Below, piece by piece: positions 44,610 to 53,430 of a stretch of 64,000 nt of DNA. Each line of letters starts with the position of its first letter. The stretch's first letter is position 1. The stretch comes from an uncultured Planctomycetales bacterium. GTDB lineage: Bacteria; Planctomycetota; UBA1135. The notes under the pieces were generated by a model. The model saw only the letters and a program-made list of their open reading frames with translations. It was not told where the DNA came from and did no database searches. The position numbers were made by a program, and so were the translations under genes. Where the stretch lies: NCBI GenBank assembly GCA_964344765.1, contig CAYFOM010000011.1, positions 42,951 to 106,950 on the forward strand. Reading direction: 5' to 3'.

Positions 44610-47456
44610 ATGCTTTTCTCGGTCGGAATCCTTGCCTCCGCTGCCCTGTTCGCACCGCAACAAGGTGAAGAAGGAAGCGCTGCCATTCAGAAAGACGCTG
44701 CTTTTGCGCTGGCGTTAACTAAGCAGCTAGGCTTCAGCAGCTTCTCCGAAATGGTGATTGACGACGCGATGGACCGCGCGTCAAGCGCCGAAGATCGCAG
44801 TTCGCTGCTGCTCGCCCGTTGCCAGATTCTGGAAACGGTGGCGGTACGCCCCGGCACTCCCACCGAGGAAGTAGCTGGTTGGCGCTCCGCAGCAGACGCT
44901 TACATCGAATTCATCGCCTCCAAGCCTGCCCAAGCACAGGGCGTCACGGCGCGCCTGCAGCTGGGCTTCGTCGGCTTTCAATACGGCGAGAAGGTCTACA
45001 GCATGTTCGAGAGCACCACTCCGGACAGCGCAACCCGTCAGACCATGCTGGAAGATGCGGAGAAGACCTTCCAGGAATCCCTGACCGCGATTAACTGGAC
45101 CATCGATTGGTGGCGCAGCTTGGATGACCCGGATCACAAAGAGGGTGCCAAGTACACCGTCTTCTTCCCGGCTTCGTTCTACCGCGCGCTGACCTACCAC
45201 TACTGGGGCATGCTCTACCCCGCCGGTTCAGTCGAGCGTGAAGACAACATCGCGCGCGCGCTGGAGTTCCTTGAGGACTTCGCCATTACCGCCGGTGAGA
45301 ACACTCGCGCCGGTTTGCTGGCTTACAAGCACATGGGCGATGGCTTTGTTGCTTTAGGCGATTACGAAATGTCGGATGAACTGTACGACTTCGTCATCGT
45401 CGAAGGTGTGCCTGATGGCGCCGATAAGGTCATGACCCCAGGCGAAATCAGGGGTCGCCGCAACGCTCAGCAAGATGCCTGGCTAGGCCGCATGCTGATG
45501 TTTGAATCGGCCGGCCGTGCTGGTGAAATCCCGGCCCTGGGTGCAACCTTCCAACAGTGGGTTGCTGATAACCGCGTCGCGCTGAACGACTCCGGCTATC
45601 GCGTGCAAATGGCCGTGGCCAAAAACATGATCGCCGACGGCAACTTCGGCGACGCCATCACCTTGCTGCAAGCTGTTGCCGCTGCCAACGAAGGCAAGCT
45701 GCTGCGCCTCGAAGCGGATGCTTTGCTGGGTGATGCTATTGCCGCTGCCCCTCCGGGAGCCGCAATTAACTTGGACGTACTGTTCCAAGCCGGACAAGGC
45801 GCTTACTACTCGAAGAACTACCAAGAGGCGTCGAAAAACCTGCGCCTGCTGATTTCGCGCCTCGACGCCAGTTCGCAAGCGCAAGCCGTCGGCGGTAAGG
45901 CTTACTACTTCCTCGGCCGCGCCCTGGAAGATGACGAGCTGACCCTGGAAGCTGCCGTGGCCTACAGCAAGGGCTATGAAATGTTCTCCGATGATGAGGA
46001 GAACGCCGAAAAGCTGGCTTCGCGCTGGCACAAGTTGGCCGAGCGCTTCCGCAATGCGGATCCGACCGACAACTACCTCGACAACTTCTACAACAACGCG
46101 CTGGATGCGCTGAAGGAGTCGTCGGGAGGCGGTGCCCCCCACGTGGTCATGCTGCGTTCGGCGGATACCGACTACAACCTGGCCAAGGCTGCGTCGCGCA
46201 ACGCTCGCGGCAAGCCGGCTAGCTCGCAAGAAGCTAAGGACGCAATCAAGGCGTTTGACAAAGCCATTCTTTCGTACCGCCGCGTCGATCGCGGAACCGA
46301 GAGTTTCGAGAAAGCCACCGTGCAAATCGGCCTGTGCGAATTCAACAAGTTCGCTTGGCAGCCGCTGGCGATGGATCGCGCGATTGAGGCGTTTGAGGAT
46401 TACCTGAACGTCTACACCAAGGATCAGAACTTCTTGCCGAACACGCCTAAGGGCAAAAAGTATCGCAAAGACTCGATTGCCAAAGCCGACTTCTACCTCG
46501 GCCGCTCCTACCGCAACATGGCCGCCGCCGGCGACCTGACCGCATGGGACAAGATGCTCGAGCACTTCGATGGTTTCGAGCAGCGCCAGGAGGGTCAGGA
46601 TGACCAGATTGGTGCCGCCAAGACTTACCGCACCGAGGCTTACTTGGCCACCGGCCGTGAAGACGAAGCAGTCGGCCAATACGAGAGCCTGGTCGCTTCC
46701 GGCGCGCGCTCGACGTGGCTGAACTCCTGCTCCTTCAAGTTGTACGTTTACTTCAAGGGCAAGATCGATGCCGAAGAAGACATGGAGGCGAAGCTGCCGT
46801 GGCAGCGCAAGGCGGTGAAGTACTTGCAGGTGGCCAACTCGCAAGACCCGCGACCGAAGTGGCAAAACTTGCTGACCGAAGGCCGTCTGTACTTGGCCAT
46901 CGGTGACATTGCTACCGGCACCAAGGTGCTTGAGAACACTTTGCAGCGCTTCGGCCCGGCCGACGGTTTTGATGGTAGCTCGCGTTTCTTCGCGGAAACC
47001 GACCTAATTCAGGCTTACCTCGAGCAGGGCAACACCGGCACCGCGGTGCCGCTGATGGACAAGCTGCTGAAAGAGCGTCCCAAGAACCTGCGCGTCATGT
47101 CGATGGCCATCCGCATTAAGACCGGCTTCCCGGTGGTGCGCGAAGGTCGCGTCGTCAAGGTGCCCGGTGAAGACACCATCGAGGCTTACCAAACCGCTGA
47201 GAAGCTGATTGGCGACTTGCTGCAGCTGGCCGAGCGTAAAGCACTGGACGCCGACAAGAGTAAGTTTGAGCTCAAGGAATGGTGGGAAGCCAAGCTTCAA
47301 CACGTTTACTTGGTCTACAAGTGGAGCCTCAAGGACTCCACCAAGGATCACAAGAAGCTGCTGAGATCCATTGAGCAGCTCGCACCTGACTTCGGTGAAT
47401 CGGTCACCGGGCCGGAAACCAAGCGCATCTTCACGTGGCTCAAGACCCAAGGTTAA
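44610..47456 (+). CDS. Large secreted all-TPR/helical-repeat protein (948 aa)
   Basis: N-terminal signal-like MLFSVGILASAALFAPQQ. Numerous TPR-like A-x-x-x-Y/F...G-x-x-x-x-A repeats throughout. No enzymatic motif seen. Confidence 0.7.
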   Translation: MLFSVGILASAALFAPQQGEEGSAAIQKDAAFALALTKQLGFSSFSEMVIDDAMDRASSAEDRSSLLLARCQILETVAVRPGTPTEEVAGWRSAADAYIEFIASKPAQAQGVTARLQLGFVGFQYGEKVYSMFESTTPDSATRQTMLEDAEKTFQESLTAINWTIDWWRSLDDPDHKEGAKYTVFFPASFYRALTYHYWGMLYPAGSVEREDNIARALEFLEDFAITAGENTRAGLLAYKHMGDGFVALGDYEMSDELYDFVIVEGVPDGADKVMTPGEIRGRRNAQQDAWLGRMLMFESAGRAGEIPALGATFQQWVADNRVALNDSGYRVQMAVAKNMIADGNFGDAITLLQAVAAANEGKLLRLEADALLGDAIAAAPPGAAINLDVLFQAGQGAYYSKNYQEASKNLRLLISRLDASSQAQAVGGKAYYFLGRALEDDELTLEAAVAYSKGYEMFSDDEENAEKLASRWHKLAERFRNADPTDNYLDNFYNNALDALKESSGGGAPHVVMLRSADTDYNLAKAASRNARGKPASSQEAKDAIKAFDKAILSYRRVDRGTESFEKATVQIGLCEFNKFAWQPLAMDRAIEAFEDYLNVYTKDQNFLPNTPKGKKYRKDSIAKADFYLGRSYRNMAAAGDLTAWDKMLEHFDGFEQRQEGQDDQIGAAKTYRTEAYLATGREDEAVGQYESLVASGARSTWLNSCSFKLYVYFKGKIDAEEDMEAKLPWQRKAVKYLQVANSQDPRPKWQNLLTEGRLYLAIGDIATGTKVLENTLQRFGPADGFDGSSRFFAETDLIQAYLEQGNTGTAVPLMDKLLKERPKNLRVMSMAIRIKTGFPVVREGRVVKVPGEDTIEAYQTAEKLIGDLLQLAERKALDADKSKFELKEWWEAKLQHVYLVYKWSLKDSTKDHKKLLRSIEQLAPDFGESVTGPETKRIFTWLKTQG

Positions 47457-47466
47457 GGAGAAAGCA

Positions 47467-48552
47467 ATGATTCCCCTACTCAGCATTCTTCTGGCACTGC
47501 CGCTGGCCGCCCAAGGCCGCGTGGTCAAGCTGGATGGCTCCAGCATTCCCGGCAACATCACTGCCGCGACGTTGGAGAAGGTCGAAATCTCCGCTGCAGG
47601 CGGAGCCACCGAAATCCCTGCCGGCGACGTTTTGCGCCTGCAGTTTGGCAGTGATCCGGCGATCATCACTCAAGCCAAGGGTTACTTGGCCAAGTTGGAG
47701 TTCCAAAACGCCATCAACCTATTGAGTGAGGCAGAAGGCCAAAGCGATCCGGCTTGGTTGCCACCGTACGCCAAGCTGCTCAAGGCCGAGGCGCTGTTGT
47801 CGTGGTCGGCATTTGACGCCGGTCGCGCATCGGCCGCTCAATCGGCCTTCGATGAGTGGCTCGCCACCTACCCCGACCACTTTTGGCAAGCACGCGCCCG
47901 CATGGGCCAGGCCAAAGCCATGGGTCGCGCCGGCAAGGTGCAAGATGCCGGCAAATTGATGCAAGATCTTGCTAGCTTCAGCTTCGACAAGAACTTGGGC
48001 AAGCATGTCGAGTTCGGCGCCCGCCTCACTCGCTGCGAAATCTACCTCGACGGCAAGGAGCCGACCCTGGCCAAGCAGCGCCTGGAAGGCAGCAACGGCT
48101 TGGTGGCCACACTGAAGGCCGCGTCGACGGCACCCGACGCCCCGACCGCCCTGCGCACCATGATGCACGGCTACTGGGTACGCGCCCAAATCCTGCTCGG
48201 CGATTCGATCGAGCAGGCAGATGGCCTGGATAAGGCTAAAAGCCACTGGGAGCGCGTCTTGCGCACGGAAAAGCAGCTTTCGGATGACGCTCGCGCCACC
48301 GGCAAGATCGTCATTGCGCGTGCTTCGCGCGACGCCGGCAAGCTGCGGGAAGCGCAATTTGCTTTGGCAGAAATTGCCGCAACCCTGAACTGCGGGCCGG
48401 ATACTATGGCCCGAGCCTTGTTTACGCTCGGCGAAGTTTGCCAGGAATTGGGTGACAAGCCCACCCCTGGAACCACCTACTTCCGCCGCATCGTAGAACG
48501 CTATCCTGCGTCGGCTTGGGCGGCCAAAGCCCGTAAAAAACTAGGCAACTAG
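47467..48552 (+). CDS. Secreted TPR protein (361 aa) with a small N-terminal beta domain
   Basis: The start was chosen at MIPLLSILLALPLAAQG (ATG at 47467), preceded by AAGGAG (47455-60) overlapping the upstream TAA. TPR repeats (e.g. GKLREAQFALAEIAATL, YFRRIVERYPASAWAAKARKKL). Confidence 0.7.
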   Translation: MIPLLSILLALPLAAQGRVVKLDGSSIPGNITAATLEKVEISAAGGATEIPAGDVLRLQFGSDPAIITQAKGYLAKLEFQNAINLLSEAEGQSDPAWLPPYAKLLKAEALLSWSAFDAGRASAAQSAFDEWLATYPDHFWQARARMGQAKAMGRAGKVQDAGKLMQDLASFSFDKNLGKHVEFGARLTRCEIYLDGKEPTLAKQRLEGSNGLVATLKAASTAPDAPTALRTMMHGYWVRAQILLGDSIEQADGLDKAKSHWERVLRTEKQLSDDARATGKIVIARASRDAGKLREAQFALAEIAATLNCGPDTMARALFTLGEVCQELGDKPTPGTTYFRRIVERYPASAWAAKARKKLGN

Positions 48553-48687
48553 GACCTGCCCCCGCAGGTTCCCTGAAAACCCCTACCCACCTCAAACCAG
48601 GATCGCGCTAGACTTGCCTCCCGCGAATCCAGGGCCGGCCCCCGTCGGCTCTACCTGAACCTTCCCCCCACGAACAAGTAACCCTCG

Positions 48688-49419
48688 ATGTCTCGTCTTC
48701 GACTCATCTTCACTGCTTCAGCTGGTTTCCTGCTGACCTCCACCTTTGCCCTCGCCCAAGAAGGGGCCGCAGCAGCCGATGCTGCAGCCGATTCCGGCGG
48801 CGGCGTCGACATCATGGAGGCGATCTCCGCAGCCGGTACGATCGGTTATCTGATCATCGGTATGTCCATGGTCGCTGGTGCTCTGATCATCGAGCACTTC
48901 ACCAGCATCAAGCGCGACAAGCTTGCTCCGCCGGAGACCATCGACGAGATCGAAGAACTGCTTGCTGAAGGCAACTACCAGGAAGCCCTGGACCTGTGCG
49001 AAGCCGAGCCTTGCTTCTTCACCAACGTCTGCGCTTCCGGTATCCGCAAGATCGGTCACCCGTTCGAAGCTCTGGAGAAGTCCGTTGAAGAGATGGAAGA
49101 CGAGGAGTCGGTCAAGCTTCAGCAGAAGATTGGCTGGTTGTCCTTGATCGCAGGTATCGGCCCGATGATGGGTCTGTTCGGAACTGTGACCGGCATGGTG
49201 GGTGCGTTTGCCACGATTGCAGACGCTGCAGGTGGTGTAGAGCCGTCTGACTTTGCAGGTGACATCTCGATGGCGCTGATGACCACCGTGTTGGGTCTGA
49301 CTGTGGCTATCCCGACCACCGCTTTCTACGCTTTCTTCAAGAACAAGGTGACTCTGACTTCGCTCGAGATCGGCGCCATCATTGAAGAAATGTTTGAGCG
49401 TTTCCGTCCCGCCGAATAA
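48688..49419 (+). CDS. exbB: MotA/TolQ/ExbB family proton-channel protein
   Basis: The three-TM layout and LSLIAGIGPMMGLFGTVTGMVGAF...MALMTTVLGLTVAIPTTAFYAFFKNKV are hallmark ExbB/TolQ motifs. Confidence 0.85.
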   Translation: MSRLRLIFTASAGFLLTSTFALAQEGAAAADAAADSGGGVDIMEAISAAGTIGYLIIGMSMVAGALIIEHFTSIKRDKLAPPETIDEIEELLAEGNYQEALDLCEAEPCFFTNVCASGIRKIGHPFEALEKSVEEMEDEESVKLQQKIGWLSLIAGIGPMMGLFGTVTGMVGAFATIADAAGGVEPSDFAGDISMALMTTVLGLTVAIPTTAFYAFFKNKVTLTSLEIGAIIEEMFERFRPAE

Positions 49420-49422
49420 GTA

Positions 49423-49950
49423 ATGTCACAAAGAGGAAGACAGACATCGGAAGTCGAGGTCGATATGACCCCGATGATCGACTTGACCTTTTTGTTGATC
49501 ATCTTCTTCATCATCGTGAACGACCTCACGCAGCAGGAGCTTGAAGACCTCAAGCTTCCTGTTGCCCAGAAAGCCGGTCACGACGATCCGCCTCCAGGCC
49601 GCCCCATTCTCAACGTCATGGAGGATGGAACGATCATCTGGAAGAAACAGCAGATCTACTGGCCCGGCATTCAGCCGCAAGGAACGGACCCGATCCGCAA
49701 GAATCGTCCGGACCACTACTGGCTGCTGGCGGAAACGATGAAGTTGAATTTCTTGCCCTGGATGAAGTACGAAAAGGATGAAGCGCTCGGCTTGGATTTG
49801 CCGGACGAACCCATCCTGATCCGTGCGGACCGGAACACCCCGTTCCGCTACATCCAGCGCATCATGGAAGTGTGCTCGCGCAAGGACATTCTGATCTGGA
49901 AGGTTCAGTTGGCCGCGTCCGAGCCGGTTACCGCCACCGAAGGACAGTAA
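49423..49950 (+). CDS. exbD: ExbD/TolR family protein 1
   Basis: VDMTPMIDLTFLLIIFFII (conserved Asp in the TM helix) and a periplasmic ILIRADRNTPFRYIQRIMEV domain. 3-nt gap after exbB. Confidence 0.8.
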   Translation: MSQRGRQTSEVEVDMTPMIDLTFLLIIFFIIVNDLTQQELEDLKLPVAQKAGHDDPPPGRPILNVMEDGTIIWKKQQIYWPGIQPQGTDPIRKNRPDHYWLLAETMKLNFLPWMKYEKDEALGLDLPDEPILIRADRNTPFRYIQRIMEVCSRKDILIWKVQLAASEPVTATEGQ

Positions 49951-49962
49951 TAGGAGGAAGAG

Positions 49963-50502
49963 ATGACCAGAAGAATGAAAAATGAATTCGAAGAGGTCAA
50001 GCCGGACATGACGCCAATGATTGACGTCACCTTCCTGTTGCTGATTTTCTTCATCGTGACGCTGAAGTTCAAAACGTTGGAAGGTCGCTTGGACTCCAAC
50101 CTGCCGAAGGACATGGGTACCAGCAATGCGCCCACAGATCCGGTGGAAAAGGTGGACATCGTCATTCGCGTGGGTAACCCAGGCACCAAACAGCCTGACC
50201 CGGCAACGCGCACCAAGTCGAAGCCTCAGGGCCGCTTGGAGCACTTCCGCAACCGCATTTTGAAGGTTTCAGTGGGTACTGCAGTCTTCCAGGTTCGCAA
50301 CGACGTCCACAACTCGGACGGCCTGCTGCAAGACCTCGATAAGCTGCGCCGCGCACTGAAACCCTTCGATAAGGAGGAGACTCCGGTGACCCTCGATGCT
50401 CGTGAAGGCATCATTTACGAGGACGTCATCGGCATTTTGGACCTAGTCATCGACCAAGGCTTCCAAAAGGTGTCGTTCTCCGGTTCGCAAGAACAAGGTT
50501 AA
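49963..50502 (+). CDS. exbD: ExbD/TolR family protein 2
   Basis: PDMTPMIDVTFLLLIFFIV and C-terminal LDAREGIIYEDVIGILDLV. AGGAGG lies 5 nt upstream of the ATG. Confidence 0.8.
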   Translation: MTRRMKNEFEEVKPDMTPMIDVTFLLLIFFIVTLKFKTLEGRLDSNLPKDMGTSNAPTDPVEKVDIVIRVGNPGTKQPDPATRTKSKPQGRLEHFRNRILKVSVGTAVFQVRNDVHNSDGLLQDLDKLRRALKPFDKEETPVTLDAREGIIYEDVIGILDLVIDQGFQKVSFSGSQEQG

Positions 50503-50509
50503 ATCTTTT

Positions 50510-50537
50510 CAGGGCCTCGACTTCGGTCGGGGCCCTG
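50510..50537 (+). terminator. 12-bp hairpin with a UUCG tetraloop after exbD2 (weak terminator, attenuator or mRNA stabiliser)
   Basis: CAGGGCCTCGAC-TTCG-GTCGGGGCCCTG, with one G-U pair. It is followed only by CCTTTCCC, not a real U-tract. Confidence 0.4.
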
Positions 50538-50753
50538 GCCTTTCCCTCACCGGCAGCCAGCAACGGCATTCGCCACCTGCCCAAACCGGTTCCCCCCTCA
50601 AAACATGCCGACCCTCGCGCTCCCTCCCAGTCAAGCGCTATCGGCAAAAAAAGAAGCCCCTTCCGCTGCGTTCAACGTGGCGAACGCGGAGCGGCGCTGC
50701 TAAATTCCTGAACCTGATTTCGGTTCCTCGAGCCGTCGGATACCCCTGCGTCC

Positions 50754-53408
50754 ATGAACAAGCACCTGATCCCGGTTGCCAGCCTGGCCCTGCCCTTGGT
50801 CTTTTTGACCGCGGGCTGTGGCTCAAGCGTCCCCCAAGAAGACCTCGACCAGACCACCACGGCAGATACCGCGGTGGACAACAACGATGCCTTCGGCCCC
50901 AGCAACGCCAGCGCTCCTACTGAGAGCGTTGCCCAGGAGCCTGGCCAAGGCGACCTGGTGCAAACTGCTGTAAAGGCGAAAAACCTGAAGGAGCAGAAGA
51001 TTGCGCTGCTGATTGATGAGCGCCTCTCCAACGCTCGTTCGGCTTACGCCGACGGTCGTTTTGAGGACGCCGCCAACCAGTTGCAGCTCGCTCTGCAACT
51101 CGACCCCACCCACCGCGAGACTCGTTCGTTGTTGACCGACGTGCAAATCGCCATGGGTACGTCGACCAAGGCGGAAGCTGGCTACGAAGCTCAAACCATC
51201 CTCAAGCGCAAGCTTGAGATGCTGAAGGCGGAAGCCCACTCCAACGCCGAGAAGGGCGCCCAACAGCTGGCTGAAGGCGACTACCAAAGCGCCATCACCA
51301 GCTTGATGCTGGCCCGCGCCACCATCGACGGCACGCCTTACAACATTGACTGGGGAACCCTCGGTGCCGAAGTCGGTGCCAACTTGGAGAAGGCTTTGGC
51401 CGATCAAGAGCTGGCGATGGCCTCTCAACTCCAGGAAGAGCGTCAGTCCACTTTCCGCTCACTACAGGAAGAGGAAGAAGCTCGTCAGGCTAAGACGGAA
51501 GCTCGTCAGGCAATGATGCTGCAGGAAGCCATCGAGGCTTACTCGCTGGAAGACTTCGAGCGCACCATCACCTTGACTGAAGAGATTCTGCGCGTCGATC
51601 CGCTCGACGTACGCGCCGCTGAGTTGCGCGACGTCGCAGTGAAGACTCGCCACGAGTTGGTTGCCGAAAGCTTCGTCACCGACCGCCAAGAGCGCTTCCG
51701 CCTGTGGTTGGAAGAGATCGAAGAAAGCCGCGTGCTTCAGAACGATCTTTACTCCGCTCCGGACCAGGAATACTGGAACGAGATTTCCGAAAAGCGTGCT
51801 TCCTACGGTAACTTCGCTTCCGGCGAATCCGCCGATCCGGAGAACGTCGCCATCGCCGTCGCCATGGGTGAAACCCGCATTCCGGGCTTGGCCTTGGATG
51901 GCGTCACTGATCTGCGCGAGGTCATCGACCAGTTGTCCGCCAACGCCGACAACATCCCCTTCTTGGTCAACAACGCTGCTGCCGACGCCGTCGATAGCGA
52001 AGGCATTGAGTTCTCGATGACCCTGGGCTCCTCCATCACCGTGTTGAACGCGTTGGAGCTGATCACTCAGGCTGCCGGTGAAGAGGTGGTTTACACCATC
52101 AACAACGGCGCGGTACACATCACCACTCGTGAGAACGCTTTCGGTCAGGTTGTGACCAAGCCGCACGACATTCAGGACCTGACCATTCAGTTCACTGACT
52201 TTGCTGGTCCGCGGATCGACACCATCTGGTTGCCGGATACCGAAGCCAACGAAGAAGAAGAAGGTTCGATCTACGGTGGCCCGTTCGGTGAGCCGCGTAC
52301 CTTGGTCAACCCGGACGAAATTGCCGACACCGTGATGGCAACCGTCGCCCCGGGCACCTGGGATGACAACACTGCCGAGTACGCCAACGGTTATTTGATC
52401 GTCAAGCACACCCCCGCCGTGCAGCAGCAGGTGGATGACTTCCTCCAGGACCTGCGTCGCTATAACGCTTCGATGGTCTCGATTGAAGCTCGCTTCCTGA
52501 CGATCCAGAAGGACTTCATGAAAGAGATTGGTTTGGACTTCCGCGGCTTGGGTGGTTTCCCGGACGCGAACGACCTGATCGACCTCGACGACGTGATCTC
52601 CGGTGGCGATGACAATTCGTCGGCCGGTCTGGATAACAACGGTAACGGCCTGGGCGACACCAACCCGTCGGCTGGTTTCTTCTTCGACGAAGCTGGTCGC
52701 TGGTCCACTCGCGCCCGTACCGAGAACATGCTCGGCAACTACGGCACCGAGCGCATGTCGGCCGCTGGTGGCTTGACCATGCAGTTCGCCTTCCTGGACG
52801 ATGCCCAGACCTCGCTGATTCTGCGCGCTGTTGAGAAGAACAACCGCTCGCAGGAACTGAACAGCTCCAACATCATGGCGCAGAACACGCAGCGCGCCTT
52901 CATGACGGTGCTAAACCAGGTCACTTACATTCAGGACATGGACGTGGAAGTCGCGCAGGCGGCCTCCGTTGCTGACCCGGTCATCGGCGTAGTTTCGGAC
53001 GGCATCGTCATCGACGTGCGCCCGATCATCTCCCACGACCGCAAGTACATCACGCTGGAGCTGCAGCCGACGGTTGCCACCCTGCTGCGTCCGATTCCGG
53101 AATTCACCTCTTCGCTGTCTGGTCTGACCACCCCGGTCACCCTGCAGCTGCCGGAACTGTTCATCGCTTCTGCGAAGACCAACGCCATCGTGCCGGACGG
53201 CGGTACCGTCGTCATCGCTGGTCTGCGCAAGCTGCTGAACATCGAGCAACGCGCCGAGATCCCCTTCTTGGCCAAGATCCCGATCCTGTCGGTCCTCTTC
53301 AAGACCGAAGGTGAGGCTTACGAGAACGAAGACATCATCGTTCTGATCCGCGCTCAGATTCTGGATACTTCGGAACTCAAAGACAACTTGGACGCACGTC
53401 GCAACTAA
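50754..53408 (+). CDS. Secretin-family outer-membrane channel with an N-terminal lipobox and TPR region (secretin 2, paralog of secretin 1)
   Basis: LVFLTAGC lipobox. TPR-like repeats (ADGRFEDAANQLQLALQLDPTH; LEDFERTITLTEEILRVDPLD). C-terminal secretin core VPDGGTVVIAGL...EIPFLAKIPILSVLF. It is collinear with secretin 1 (RFxxxxxxFxxxIGxDFRGLG, LRAVEK, RPTVATL). Confidence 0.85.
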   Translation: MNKHLIPVASLALPLVFLTAGCGSSVPQEDLDQTTTADTAVDNNDAFGPSNASAPTESVAQEPGQGDLVQTAVKAKNLKEQKIALLIDERLSNARSAYADGRFEDAANQLQLALQLDPTHRETRSLLTDVQIAMGTSTKAEAGYEAQTILKRKLEMLKAEAHSNAEKGAQQLAEGDYQSAITSLMLARATIDGTPYNIDWGTLGAEVGANLEKALADQELAMASQLQEERQSTFRSLQEEEEARQAKTEARQAMMLQEAIEAYSLEDFERTITLTEEILRVDPLDVRAAELRDVAVKTRHELVAESFVTDRQERFRLWLEEIEESRVLQNDLYSAPDQEYWNEISEKRASYGNFASGESADPENVAIAVAMGETRIPGLALDGVTDLREVIDQLSANADNIPFLVNNAAADAVDSEGIEFSMTLGSSITVLNALELITQAAGEEVVYTINNGAVHITTRENAFGQVVTKPHDIQDLTIQFTDFAGPRIDTIWLPDTEANEEEEGSIYGGPFGEPRTLVNPDEIADTVMATVAPGTWDDNTAEYANGYLIVKHTPAVQQQVDDFLQDLRRYNASMVSIEARFLTIQKDFMKEIGLDFRGLGGFPDANDLIDLDDVISGGDDNSSAGLDNNGNGLGDTNPSAGFFFDEAGRWSTRARTENMLGNYGTERMSAAGGLTMQFAFLDDAQTSLILRAVEKNNRSQELNSSNIMAQNTQRAFMTVLNQVTYIQDMDVEVAQAASVADPVIGVVSDGIVIDVRPIISHDRKYITLELQPTVATLLRPIPEFTSSLSGLTTPVTLQLPELFIASAKTNAIVPDGGTVVIAGLRKLLNIEQRAEIPFLAKIPILSVLFKTEGEAYENEDIIVLIRAQILDTSELKDNLDARRN

Positions 53409-53430
53409 GTCTTCGGTCATCCGAAACCAA

